DNA from: Mustelus asterias
Taxonomy: Eukaryota
Assembly: GCF_964213995.1 (NCBI RefSeq)
Contig: NW_027590253.1
Location: forward strand, 372,001 to 436,000
Reading direction: 5' to 3'
Length of the DNA: 64,000 nt
A model generated the notes under the pieces. The model saw only the letters and a list, made by a program, of their open reading frames with translations, was not told where the DNA came from and did not search any database. The translations under genes were made by a program, and so were the position numbers. Shown one piece after another: positions 11,634 to 23,898 of the stretch (position 1 is its first letter; each line of letters opens with the position of its first letter).

Positions 11634-11651
11634 TCCCGGGTTGCGGCACCA
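11634..11651 (-). promoter_or_regulatory. Primer-binding site, tRNA-Phe
   Basis: Minus strand TGGTGCCGCAACCCGGGA matches the complement of the tRNA-Phe 3' end (TGGTGCCGAAACCCGGGA) at 17/18 positions, 2 nt after the LTR end ...TACAACA. Confidence 0.85.
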
Positions 11652-11653
11652 TT

Positions 11654-12796
11654 TGTTGTAGGTAAAGATACCTCTCAGTCTATTCGTAGGTCAAAATACA
11701 CTGGTTCATTTTCACAATTGTGGGCGACCGTCCGATGCCTAACATGGCCTCAGACCTCTCAGCAAGTACAGGTTAAGAACATACATTTATACCCTTCCTT
11801 GCACGTCCGCAGTTTCCCAAGCCTCACAGGTTCCCAGGCCATGGTGTGAATCTTGCTGCCTTGGTGTTTTCTTCACGGTTATCCCAAGGCCGCGAGTGTT
11901 GTTGTTCTCTGTGAGCACAGGTGGGGTCTCTTTGTAATGTACATGGTTACAATCTTCGCGCAAACGAGTTAACTGGCATATAACAATTTATATATGTTCG
12001 CAGGTACTTGTATAATGTATATCGGTACAGGTTACGATGAACTTATATGAAGGTTATCATTACACGTCACAGAAGGCCTATATGTAGGCTTCCATTGTTA
12101 CACAGCAATACATAATTAAGGAATACAAAATGGCGTGTTAGCCACATTCGTGAACAGAAAAACATACAGCAGCTGTGCTCTTATCTGTTCTTGAATACGT
12201 GAGCATGAAAACACCCGAACGTAAACATGAATTCGACAGAATTTCTCACACAAGCTCTGAATATCACAGAGGTCACTTTGACACTCCGAGTATTGAAGTT
12301 CATGAACACAGTCCCGACTTCATAACCTTTGAAGAATTCGACTGTGTGTTCCGCGGACCAAACAGTCCCTCAACCTTTCTCGTAATGCGGGCCGGATCCT
12401 TTCAATCTGGACAGGAAATCTGAGAATGTCTCTCGTGGGGTCCCGAATTGCTGAGTGAAATTTGTAGCTCAATAGAATGGTTGAGTGTCGGGGGATGGGC
12501 GGGGGCGTTGAAATTACTTTGAACCAACTCATCCAGCTCTTCAAAAGATGTGGGGCTGAATCTTTCTGTCCCACCCACCACAGGAATTGTTGTGGACGGG
12601 ACACAGACCATGCAAAGTTCCATAGACCTCAAGTGGGATTTTCCAAACTTGGGGTGAGTGTGATGGAGAATCCGTCCCTGGTTGTCAGGAGCATCAGGCA
12701 ATGTTAAACTCCTGATTAAACTGTATGTCCAGTGGTCCCCGAACTGTGCAAATAATAACCTCCTACCTTTCTTCAGTTGTTATCTCATTCACTACA
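11654..12796 (-). mobile_element. 5' LTR of ERV-A (start boundary inferred)
   Basis: Ends ...ACAACA before the PBS; TATAAAT at about 11790 on the minus strand; candidate start TGTAGTG at 12796 next to a SINE. Confidence 0.6.
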
Positions 12797-12798
12797 AA

Positions 12799-14045
12799 GG
12801 GGCGGCACACTGACACAGCCTCACAGCGCCAGGGACCTGTGTTTGATTCCAGACTTGGGTGGCTGTCTGTGGAGTCAGCAGGTTCTCCCCATGTCTGCAT
12901 GAGTTTCCTCCGCACTGAAAAGATGTGCAGGTTATATGGATTAGCAAGGCTACATTGCCCATTAGTGCCTCCAGATATGTATGTTAGGTGGATTGTCCAT
13001 TCTAAAGATGTGCGGGTTAGGTTGATTGGCAATGCTAAAAAAAAAACTGCGCTTAGTGTCCTGAGATGCGTAGGTTAGAGGGATTCGTGGGTGGGTATGG
13101 GGGTAGGGCCGGGGTGGGATTGTGGTCGGTGCAGACTCGATAGGCCGAATGGCCTCTTTCTGTACTGTAGGGTTTCTATGATTCTAAGTTTCTCCTTAAT
13201 GTCCCAAGATGGACAGTTTAGGCTGATTGGCCATGCTAAATGTACCCTTTGTGCCTCAAAATATGTAGGATAGGTGGATTGGCCATGCTAAATTGCCCCT
13301 TAGTGTCCCAAGATGTGCAGGTTAGGGGTATTAGTGGGGTCAATGTGGGGATAGGATCTGTGTGAAATGCTCTATCAGAGAGACAATACAGACATGATGG
13401 GCCAAATAGCCTTCTTTTCTTCTGTCGTGATTCGATGATTTTCTGTGTGGAGTTTGAACGTTCTCAACTTGTGTACATGGGTTTCCTCACACACTCCAAA
13501 GGGCGGCACGGTAGCACAGTGGTTAGCACTGCTGCTTCACAGCTCCAGGGTCCTGGGTTCGATTCCCGGCTCGGGTCACTGTCTGTGTGGGGTTTGCACA
13601 TTCTCCTCATGTCTGCGTGGGTTTCCTCCGGGTGCTCCGGTTTCCTCCCACAGTCCAAAGATGTGCGGGTTAGGTTGATTGGCCAGGTTAAAAATTGCCC
13701 CTTAGAGTCCTGAGATGCGTAGGTTAGAGGGACTAGTGGGTAAATATGTGGGGTAGGGCCTGGGTGGGATTGTGGTTGGTGCAGACCCGATGGGCCGAAT
13801 GGCCTCCTTCTGCACTGCAGGGTTTCTATGATTTCTATGTGCAGGTTAGGTGGATTGACCATGATAAATTGCCCCTTCGTGTCCCAATATGTGCAGCTTA
13901 GATGGATTGGCCATGCTAAGTTGCCCCTTAGTGACAACAGGACTAGTATGGTAAACAACTGGGGTAACAGGGATAGGGTCACTTTGGGATTGTTGTGGGT
14001 CGGATTCAATTGGACAAATGGCCTCCTTCTGCACCTGTAGGGATT
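12799..14045 (+). mobile_element. Cluster of HE1/V-SINE copies (complete copy 13501-13839) with repeated internal 3' modules
   Basis: tRNA-like head with A box TAGCACAGTGG and B box GGTTCGATTCCC, V-domain gtctgcgtgggtttcctccgggtgctccggtttcctcccaca, CR1-like tail tttctatgatttctatg. Confidence 0.92.
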
Positions 14046-14489
14046 CGGAAAAAAGTAATGCAAACTTGCAATACATTGGCCCCAGTTTCCACTTCAGGGT
14101 GGAATTGCTCTTATTTGCCGATCACTTTTTCCTTGCTTCTTATTTTCGATGATCCAGTCTCTTCCTCTTTAGTTGTGCTCTGTCATTCCCAATGTCTTGG
14201 AAAGCATTTTCCCTCGTTGCGAGTGTAGTAAATCGAGGGCCGCTCAATAAGGCTTCAGAAAGAAAAGGTTTTATTGCCAGTAAACAAATAAGTATATTGA
14301 TCAAATGGTCAGATAGAATAACTCTGTAACTGTACAATTCTCCTTCCTGGTTCCAACTGCCAATCCTCCGCTGGCTCGGGATATGCGCCCTCGCACTCGA
14401 TTTTCTCAGCGTCCCACCTCAACACTCCATAGGATCAGGCCTAAACACATGGCCCAAAGGAAATGCCCCCTTAATTGGCCGCACTACTA

Positions 14490-14715
14490 CAGTTGGCAAA
14501 TCACTCATCATCCTGACTTGGAAATAGATCAGCTGTTCCTTCACTGTCACTGGGTCCAAATCCTGGAATGTCCTCCCTAACAGCGCTGTGGTTGTACCAA
14601 CACTGGACAGGCTGCAGTCGTTCAAAAAGAGAGTTCACCACCACCTTCATGAGAGCAGCTCGCGATGGACAATAAATGCCTGGAATAGCCAGTGATACTC
14701 ACATCCCATAAAATT
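14490..14715 (+). mobile_element. 3' end of the LINE family seen at 15650 and 17971
   Basis: catcctgacttggaaata...caataaatgc..gccagtgatactcacatccca, same tail as 16050-16255. Confidence 0.7.
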
Positions 14716-15051
14716 AATTTCGAACGAAATGGGAAGATTGAAAGTTTATGGCCAGTGTCTCCACTATTTCCACTTGTCCAGCTTTCAGTGAACCTCCACC
14801 ATCATCCAGCTGGGTACATGTTCTATTCCATTGTGATATGAAAAGTGTTGGATTGAACAGGGTTAAGTGAAGCTGTTTGTTTAGTGACTGTAGTTGATGT
14901 GAGTCTCCATGGATCAGATTAGTGTGCCTGGAAGGCTTTCCCTCTTCTATTAATAAGGGATTCCGTTCAATGTGTTGTCCCATTGAGACATCGGGAGCGA
15001 CAACTCCGACACTAACAGAGATCAGCGGCTGTGGAGAGAGGGAGGGAGAGG

Positions 15052-15153
15052 AGAGATCAGAATCTGGGAACAATGGATTGGAATGTTCCAACAATGGATC
15101 AGAATCTGGGAACAATGGATTGGTATATTCCAACACTGGACAGGAATTTTGCT
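15052..15153 (+). repeat. Five degenerate 21-bp tandem units covering the GPCR start
   Basis: ACAATGGATTGGAATGTTCCA / ACAATGGATCAGAATCTGGGA / ACAATGGATTGGTATATTCCA / ACACTGGACAGGAATTTTGCT. Confidence 0.85.
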
Positions 15154-15277
15154 TCCGAGCTGTTCTCTTTTTCTCAATTTTGGTTTGGTTCGTTACCGTT
15201 AACAATTCGCATCCGTTCTGTTCTCTTTGTTATTCAAGTGGTTTACTATCCTATCCTTGCTATTGTTGGTGTCCCTG
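15073..15277 (+). CDS. GPR139-like: GPR139-like class A GPCR, coding exon 1 (N-terminus and start of TM1)
   Basis: MDWNVPTMDQNLGTMDWYIPTLDRN...IQVVYYPILAIVGVP ends at a phase-1 donor G|GTAAGT (15277/15278) and joins exon 2 in frame to give VGVPVNIITIVTL. Confidence 0.85.
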
Positions 15278-15619
15278 GTAAGTCTCTGTTTCCACTTATT
15301 CTATTTGTCAAATATGTTTCATTGTATTACTCAACTTCTTATTTCAGTTTTGGGAGCATGGAGTCCATTGACTTCAGTTTCACACTTTATCTCTGCTCCC
15401 TGTCCATTTATTCCATTCCTGTACCTGAAGCTGGTCCACACTGATTAACCCTTTGACCTTGAGCTGATTACTCACCCCATATCCCATGCAGCCATATAAA
15501 ACATTGGTTAGGCCACATTTCGGGTATTGTGTGCAATGCTGTTCACCACACTACCTGATGGATGAGTAAGCTTTGGAGACAGTGCAAAGAGAGTTCACCA
15601 GGATGCTACCATTAACCGG

Positions 15620-16260
15620 AAACTCAACTGGTCTCACCACACAAACACAGTAGCGACAGGAGCAGGTCAGGGGTGAGGAATACTGCGGCAAGTCAGTCAT
15701 CTCCTGATTCCACAAAGCCTGTCCACCAAGTACAAGGCACAAGTCAGGAGTGTGATGGAATACTCCAGACTTGCCGAAATAGGTGCAGCTCCACCAAAAT
15801 TCAAGAAGCTTGACACCATCCAGGACAAAGCAGTCTGCTTGCCTGGTACCACATCCACAAATATTCACTCCCTCCATCTCCGATGCTCAGTAGCAGCAGT
15901 GTGTACTATCTACCAGATGCACTGTGGCAATTCACCCAAGGTCCTTAGACAGCGCCTACCAAACCCAAGACCACTTCCGCCTAGGAGGACAAGGGCAGCA
16001 GATACATGGGGACACCACCACCTGCTAGCTCCCGCCCAAGCCATTTAACGTCCTGGTTTGGAAATACATCATCGGTTCCTTCGCAGTTGCTGTGTTAAAA
16101 TACTGAAAATCCAACCTAAATGGCGTTGCGGGTCAACCCGCTGCACATGGGCTGCAGCGATTGAAGAAGCTGGCTCACAACCACCTTCTCAAGGGCAACT
16201 GTGAATGGGCAATTTAAAATGCTGGCCACCCAGCAACGCCCATGCCCAACGAATGAATTT
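15620..16260 (+). mobile_element. LINE 3' fragment (CR1/L2-group RT C-terminus and tail)
   Basis: YKAQVRSVMEYS..KLDTIQDKA..HSLHLRCSVAAVC; same family as 17971-19320. Confidence 0.85.
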
Positions 16261-16289
16261 ATAAATATGTTGTGTGTTCTCGTGGGTGC

Positions 16290-17150
16290 TGTTTAAGAAG
16301 AGAGGCTGAATAAACTAGAATTGTTTTCACTGGAAAGACAGTGGTTGAGGGGAGACCAGATAGATGTCTACAAATTTATCAGAGGAAAAGACAGGGAGGA
16401 TAGTCAGGTACTTTTTTCCCAGGGTTGAAGTGTCAATTACGAGGTGGCACAGGTTCAAGGTGAGAGGGATAACGTTTAAGGGAGATGTGCTGGGGAGGTT
16501 TTTCAAGCAGAGTGTGGTGGGTGCCTGGAACGTGCTGCCAGAGGATGTGGTGGAATAGAGAGATACGGTCAGAGTAAGGGCAGTAGCTTTTCTTTTGTTT
16601 AGTGAGGACATTATAGAAACATAGAAATATAGAAGATAAGAGCTGGAGGAGGCCCTTCGAGCCTGCTCCACAATTCATTGCGACCATGGCTGATCGCCCA
16701 ACTCAATAGCATAATCCTGTTTTTTCCCCATAACCTTTGATCCCATTCGCCCCAAGTGCTATATCCAGCTGTCTCTTGAATACTTTCAATATTTTGGCAT
16801 CGGCTACTTCCTGCAGCAATGAATTCCACAGGCTCACCACTCTTGGAGTGAAGAAATGTATCCTCAGCTCTGTCCTAAATGGTCTACCCGAATCCTCAGA
16901 CTGTGACCCCTGGTTCTGGACTCCCCCACCATTGGACATATCCTCCTTGCATCTATCTGGTCTAGTTCTGTTAGAATTTTAGAAGTCTCTATGAGAACCC
17001 CCCTCATGCATCTGAACTCAAGCGAAAATAATCCTAACCTAATGAATCCCTCCTCATACATCAGTCCCGCCATCCCCGGAATCAGCCTGGTAAACCGTAA
17101 AAATGATGATTGGCATTGGCTTCGAAGGCCCAACGGCCTGTTCCTGTGCT
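16290..17150. mobile_element. CR1 3' fragment (+) interrupted by a minus-strand CR1 3' end (about 16612-17095)
   Basis: WNVLPEDVVE on +; LFSLEFR..LIE..WNSL on - with tail (tagaaaca)n. Confidence 0.8.
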
Positions 17151-17970
17151 GTCCACTACATCATGAATCCTGTCTACTGTCACCAGCAGAAACATCATTT
17201 GCCTCATTCCAACTGTCACAGATCCCGACTCAACTATTCTCTGCTGACTAATCCCCGAATTACATAGCTGCAGAGTTAAAGCTCATCCTAAACTCTGCTG
17301 TCCATATACTAGCTTTCACCGAGTCCCAATTAGCGTCATCCTTGTTCTCATTGATCTCTGTCATCAGCTGATCTGGTAAAGACCTCATTTTCACACTCAC
17401 CTGATCTAATCCCTTCATGAATTTGTCCACATGATGGTCTCAGACGATCGACTTTCCTAAATGCTTCTGTCTGTTGGCATTTCAACAGACAGCGCCAACC
17501 CCCACAACAGGTATGAGCTGTCTGGAGTTGTTTGGAAGAGGAACCTAACAGATAAGAGGTCGGAATAGCGAAGGCAGGAGTTTCTGGGCGTATTTCGGGA
17601 GGCACAGCAAAATTTCATGCCAAGAAGAAGCATACTCAGGGAAGGATAAGGCAACCATGGCTGACGAGGAAAGTCAGGAATAACATAAAAAGCAAATGCA
17701 AAAGCTTACAATGTAGCAAAGTTTAGTGGGAATACTTTAAAGACAAACAGAGGACAACTAAAAAGGTATACGTAGAGAGAAGACGAATTATGAGGGTGCA
17801 CTAGCCAATCATATAAAGTAAGTTTGCAAGAGTTTATTTCGATATATAAAGGGGGAGCGAGAGACAAGAGTGTACATTGGACTGCTGGAAAATGATGCTG
17901 CAGAAGTAGTAATGGAGAACAGAAAATGGCGGAAGACCTGAATAGGTTAATCTGCAAGATGAGTTGATAT

Positions 17971-19320
17971 TTTTTTAGTCATTTGTGGGACATGATCTGG
18001 CCAACATGCATTGCCCATCCCTAGTTGCCCTTGCGAAGGTGATGGTGAGCTGCCTTCTTGAACCGCTGCAGTCTATGTCCTGTGGGTTGACCCACAATGC
18101 CGTTAGACGGAAATTCCAGTATTTTGACCCAGCGTCTGTGAAGGAACGGCGATATATTTCCAAGTCAGGATGGTGACTGGCTTGGAGAGGGACTTGCAGG
18201 TGGTGGTGTTCCCATTTATCTGCTGCCCGGGTCCTTCTAGATGGAAGTTGTCGTGGGTTTGCAAGGTGCTGTCGAAGGATCTTTGGTGAATTGCTGCAGT
18301 GCATCTTGTAGATAGTACACACTGCTGCTACTGTGCGTCGGTGGTGGCGGGAGTGGATGTTTGTGGATGTAGTACCAATCAAGCGGGCTGCTTTACCCTT
18401 GATGGTGTCAAGCTTCTCGAGTGTTGTTGGAGCTGCACCCATCCAGGCAAGTGGAAAGTATTCCATCACACTCCTGACTTGTGCCTTGAAGATGGTGGAT
18501 AGGCTTTGGGGAATCAGGATGTGAGTTACTCGCCACAGTATTCCTAGCCTCTGCCCTGCTCTTGTACCCACTGTGTTTATGTGGGTACAGGTGCGCTTCC
18601 TTGCGCATGTTTAAACTGAAGCCATGAGACTTCATGGGGTCCAGATTCGATGTTATGGACTCCCAGTGCAACTCTCTCCCGACTGTATACCACTGTGCCG
18701 CCACCTCTGCTGGGTCTGTCCAGCCTGTGGGACAGGACATATCCAGGGATGGTAATGGTGGTGTCTGGGGTATTATCTGTAATGTATGATCCTGCGAGAA
18801 TGAATATGTCAGGCTGTTGCTTGACCAGTCTGTGAGACAGCTCTCCCAATGTTTGGCACTCGCCCCCATATGTTAGTAAGGAGGACTTTGCAGGGTCGAT
18901 AGGGCTGTTTGTTTTTCCCTTGTCTTTTCCGGTGCCTCGGTCGATGCCAGGTGATCCATCCAGTTTCACTTCTTTGTTGAGACTTTGTAGCGATTCTTGC
19001 AACTGAGTGGCTTGCGAGGACATTTCAGAGGGCAGTTGAGAGTCAACCACATTGCTGTGGTTCTGGAGTCACATGTAGGCAAGACCAGGTAAGGACGGCA
19101 GATTTTCGTCGCGAAAGGACATTAGTGAACCAGATGGTGTGTTTTTTTTAACCGACAATTGACAATGGTTTCATGGTCATCAGTCGATACTTAATTCCCG
19201 ATTTTTTAAAATTGAATTCAAGTTCTAACATCTGTTGTGGTGGGATTTGAACACAGGTCCCCAGAGCATAATCTGGGTTTCAGCATTAATAGTCGAGCGA
19301 TAAAACCACTCGGCCATCAC
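17971..19320 (-). mobile_element. Internally deleted LINE with a tRNA-SINE-like Pol III head
   Basis: A box TGGCCGAGTGG (19306-19316) and B box GTTCAAATCCC (19242-19252), then an APE-like ORF (PDI.IL..SY....IPGYVLSHRLDRPSRGGGTVVY), a junction at about 18590, RT C-terminus (FKAQVRSVMEY), and a 3' tail with an A-run. Confidence 0.8.
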
Positions 19321-19414
19321 TTCTGAGTAGGAAGGCAAATTCAATATTAGTATTCATTTCGAGAGGACTAGAATACAAAAGCAGTGGTGTATACTGAGGC
19401 TTTATAAGACTCCG

Positions 19415-19950
19415 GGGGATTACCAGGGTAAATATGTGCAGTTACAGGGAGAACGCCTGGGTGGTCTTGTTGTTGGGTGCAGGCTCGATTGGCTTACTAG
19501 CCTCATTCGGTACTGTAGGGATTGTATGCTTTCATGGTCATCATTGGGCTGTTAATTCCAATTATTTTACTGAATTCAAATTTCACCATCTGACACGAAG
19601 GGATTCGAACCCGGGTCCCCTGAGCAATATCCTGGGTTTCTGGATTAATAGTCCAGTGACAACAGACACACAGTGTCTGTGTGGAGTCTGCACATTCTCC
19701 CCGTGTCAGCGTGGGTTTCCTCCAGGTGCTCCGGTTTCCTCCCTAAGTCCAAAGATGTGCGGGTTAGGTTGATGAGCATTGATAAATTAGCCCGAGTGTC
19801 CAAAGATGAGGAGTGTAAATATGTGGCTTTACGGGAGTGGGCCCTGGTTGGGATTGTGGTCTGTGCAGACTCGATGGGCCGAATGGCCCCTTTCTGCACT
19901 GTAGTGATTCTATGATTCTATGACAATACCACTAAGCCACGGCCTCCCAA
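19415..19950. mobile_element. Nested SINEs: HE1 (+, about 19670-19922) inserted in a minus-strand SINE head related to 19100-19320; HE1 tail at 19415-19525
   Basis: V-domain and tail attctatgattctatg; tgacaa repeated on both sides of the insertion. Confidence 0.75.
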
Positions 19951-20399
19951 GTGGGTTTCTGTTTGAAATCTATCCCATTCAGCACGGTGCTGGTGCCACA
20001 GAACCCGATGGAGATTTCCCTGAGAGCGAGTCCCACACACAGAGCAGGAAAGGTCTCATTTACTCCGTGCTCTCTCTTACCCCGGCTGATTGAGCTCACA
20101 TACCCACACAGACTATGAGGGAGCTGTACTCTGTATAGTACTCATGTTGTACCTGCTGTGTGAGTGCTTCACTGAACAGAGCAGAGGTATCTTGACTCTC
20201 TATCTGTACAGTGCTGTAACTACCCGAACCAATCAGCTATATGACAGAAATGTTGGAGAATCCGATTGTTGTACATTAGTTTCTCTTTCTGGCTGCGCCG
20301 GGATCTGGATTCCACGGGCATTTCCTGCACTGGCCAGAGCTGAGCGATGCTATTGATCTATTCGAGCCTTCACATCCAGGCCCCATCATGATCTCAGAG

Positions 20400-21030
20400 C
20401 CTCGCGACTGAAAACCTCCCTCTCCCAGCTGATGTTGAAGTCTGAACCGGTCTCTTCACAAACTTAGAAATTCTTCCCCACCGGAGCTCAGTTTCCCATC
20501 AGCAAGACCGCCTTCTTCCACCCCGATTACATCTCCCATCTTTGTTAGTTACAGGGTTGACTATTCCAATGCCCTTCTCCATAGGTTGGCATGGTGCCAC
20601 AATATTTAGCACTGCTGCCTCACAGCGCTAGGACCTGGATTTGATTCCCGGCTTGTGACACTGTCTGTACAGAGTCTGCATGTTCTCTCTGTGTCTATGT
20701 GGGTTTCCCCAGGGTGCTCCAGTTTCCTCCCAAAGTTCGAAAGCCATGCTGGTTAAGTACATTGGCCCTGCAACATTTTCCCTCAGTGTTACCCGAACAG
20801 GCGTCAGGGTGTGGCGACTCGGTGATTTTCACATTAACTACATTGCAGTGTTAATGTAAGTCCACTTGTGACACTAAACAAAAACTTAAAATTAAATCCC
20901 ATCGTAAATCCTCCATTTGCCTCAGCTCGTTCACAACACTGCTGCCCGTAACCTAACTCACACCGCGTCCCGGTTACCCATCACCACTGTGCTCATTGAT
21001 CGACATTGGTTCCTACTCTGGCAGCCAATC
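20400..21030 (+). mobile_element. L2-clade LINE fragment interrupted by a V-SINE (about 20587-20890) carrying a non-CR1 tail
   Basis: LDYSNALL / QLVHNTAARNLT / PITTVL-like codons; SINE head plus V-domain with tail ..gtgtggcgactcggtgattttcacattaactacattgcagtgttaatgtaag. Confidence 0.65.
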
Positions 21031-21109
21031 AATATCAACATTTTCCTTCTGTGATTGGCTTTCTCCACGGCCTCATTCATCCCAGTCCCCTCTCCATTCC
21101 CAATATTCC

Positions 21110-22165
21110 TGTAAACTTCCCCCGCACATTTCCCTTAAACATTCCCCCTCTCACCTTGAACCTTTGCCTCCTTGTAATTGACACTTCCACCCTGGGGAAA
21201 ACGCTCTGACTATCGATTCTGCTTATGCCTCTCATTATTATCTCTCAGGTCTTCCCTCAGCCTCCGCCTTTCCACTGAAAGCAATCATAGTTTATTCAGC
21301 CTCTCCTTGTAGCCAATGCCTTCGAGGCCAGGCAACATCCTGGTGAACCTTCTTTGCATTCCCTCAAAAGCATCCACAGCCTTCTGGTTGTGTGGTGACC
21401 AGAACTCCGTGCAATACTCCAAATGCGGCCTAACCAAGGTTTATTAGATCTGCAACATGACTTAGCAACTCCTTTATTCAGTGCCCTGGCCAATGAAGGC
21501 AAACATGCCATATGCCTTCTTAATCACCTTGGCCACCTGTGTTGCCACTTCTAAGGAACTGTGGACCTGCACGCCCAGATCCCGCTATATGTCAAGTTTC
21601 CTAAGGGTTCTTCCATTTACAGTATAATTCACACCTAAATGTGTTCCTCCAAAATACATCATCTTCCATTTGTCCGGATTAAACTCCATCTGCCATTTTT
21701 GTGCCCAATCTCTTTATATCTTGTTGTATCCTCTGACAATTCCGGGAACTGTCAGCAACTCCGCCAATCTTCATGTCATCCACAAATCTATTAATCAGAC
21801 CCCTCATATTTTCCTCCAGATCATGTATTTATACGACAAACAACAGAAGTCCCAGCACTGATCCCTGAGGAACACCACCAGTGCAGATATCCATTCGGAA
21901 AAACACGCTACCACCACTGATCTCTGCCTTCTACTAATAAGCCAGTTCTGTTCCATCTAACACGCCCACTCCAAATCCCATGTGATTTTAGTTTTTGTAC
22001 CAGTCTGCTATGTGGGACCTTGTCAAACGTCTTACTAAAGTCCAGATAAAGTACACCCAGAGCCCTTCCCTCATCAATTATCTTGGTAACCTCTTCAAAA
22101 AACTCAATCAAATTGGTGAGACATGGCGTTCCCGCACAGAATCATGTTGCCTGTCACTTTCTGGT
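21110..22165 (-). mobile_element. Decayed CR1 LINE RT fragment
   Basis: EFFEEVTKIIDEGRA..YLDFSKTFDKVPH on the minus strand. Confidence 0.85.
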
Positions 22166-22253
22166 ACATTTTCTTGCTAATGATCATAGATGTCCGTCGG
22201 TATCTTCTGAAAAATCTGCCCCACCTCAGGCAGAGCGGCTTATATTTTCCTGT

Positions 22254-22472
22254 AAGAAATCTCACAACACCAGGTTAAAATCCAGCAAGTGTATTTGGTA
22301 TCACGAGCTTTCGGAGCGCTGCTCCTTCATCCGGTCGTGGAGTGGAGTCCATTCATTTGAAGAAGGAACAGCATTCCGAAAGCTCGTGATACAAAATAAA
22401 CCTGTTAGACTTTAACCTGGTGTGAGACATCTTATTGTGCGTACCACAGTCAACACCGCCATCCCCACATCA
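22254..22472. mobile_element. Penelope-derived fold-back mini-element (two inverted pLTR ends)
   Basis: tctcacaacaccaggttaaa...gagctttcggagc and its reverse complement ccgaaagctc...tttaacctggtgtgaga; homologous to 43021-43150. Confidence 0.8.
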
Positions 22473-22514
22473 TGTTTTTTTCCTCGATTACCCCTGATTC
22501 ATTTCTTAAACGAG

Positions 22515-23200
22515 GGAAAAACATGCTTGACTTGGTCGGTCGGGGAATTGAGTATAAAAATTGGCTGGTCATGCTGCAGCTGTCCAGAAACATAGGCCTC
22601 ATTTGGAAGACTGTGTACAATTCTGGTTGCTGCACTACAAGAAGGATATGGATTCTTTGGAGAGGGTACAGATGAGGGTACAGAACGTTACCGGGTCTGG
22701 AGGCTATTAGCTATGGGGATCGTAAACTCTGTTAGATCTCACTGGAATGGCAGAGGTTGAAAGGCGAGCTGTTAGAGGTTTAAAATATTATGAGTGGCAT
22801 GGACGGAGTCGATAGTCAGTCCTTCCTTCCCAGGGTGGAAAAGTCATGTGCTATGGGACATAAGTTTAAGGTGTGTGGGTAAAAGTTTAGGGGAGATGAA
22901 TGAGGCAATTTTTTTAAACAGAGGGTAGTAAATGTCAGGACAGCACTGCCTGGGGAGGTGCTGGGAGCAGGTGCGATCACAACATTTAAGTGGCACCTCG
23001 GCGAATACATCAATTAAATGGGAAAGAAAGGAAGTGGACTACGTAAGTGCATACTGCTTTACTTTTGGCATCATGATTTGCGCAGGCTTGAGAGGCCGAA
23101 GGGCCTGTTCCTTTGCTGGACTGTTCTTCTCCTTTTTCCTGCTGAATGGCAGAACAGGTTCGACGGGCCAAAAGGCCTCCTCCGGCTCCTATTTTCTATG
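22515..23200 (+). mobile_element. Decayed CR1 3' fragment(s)
   Basis: GRGIEYKN..MLQL; tails gggccgaagggcctgttcc and ctcctattttctatg. Confidence 0.75.
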
Positions 23201-23898
23201 TTTCCATGGGAAGATTCGGCTTCTTAATGAGTCAAATCTCACAGGACAACAATGTCTCAATCATCAATGACAAGTGGGGATATTTACAGTGCAAAGATCA
23301 TAATTCTCCACCCAGGAGGGCCCTTAAGCCCGGGCTCATGCCCTGGTGCACAGGTTCAAACCCCATCACAGGAGCTGTTTGAATTTAAATTCAATTGACA
23401 AAAAATACAATTGAAAGTTAATCTCAGTGATGCTGACCATGAAACCATTGTCGATTGTTGTAAAACCCCCTCCAGTTCCCTCATGTCCTTCTGTTATGGT
23501 TCAAGTTAAAAACTTCAAAGTTCTTTTTGGAGACTACCCGAACCATAAGTTTTGCTCGGATGAATATGATAAGTTTCACTTCAGGTATGATTCACCAACC
23601 GACCACAGAGCTTTTATCAAACTAAGTTTATTAAGAATATATTTAACATGTATAGGCAGAAAATTAGCAATACCTTTTATCAATTACAAACAAAAGCAAC
23701 AGAAAGAAAACAACCATAACGATGAATTAACCCTCAGTTGAATATTAAACCTGATCCAATAAACCAAAACCTTTCATAGTCAAAACGCTTTTCAAAGGCT
23801 TCACACAGCACAGATTAAAATCTCAATTGAATAGAATTGCTTTGTTTCGAGATGTGCACTTTCCTTCTGGAAGGTGAAACGTTGCCTTGAGATAACCA

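Larger units (their letters stand above)
9290..12796 (-). mobile_element. Defective endogenous retrovirus/LTR element ERV-A: LTR, PBS, gag, protease start, second gag-like segment
   Basis: PBS, zinc knuckles and protease motif appear in the correct order on the minus strand (see sub-features). Confidence 0.85.

Noticed and set aside
13501-13575. tRNA genes at the SINE heads
   Set aside because: A/B boxes run into the V-domain and a CR1 tail; these are tRNA-derived SINEs
15278-15444. C-terminal part of ORF 15031-15444 as coding
   Set aside because: Read-through into the intron after the GTAAGT donor; the ORF's GTG start at 15031 is also upstream of the first ATG
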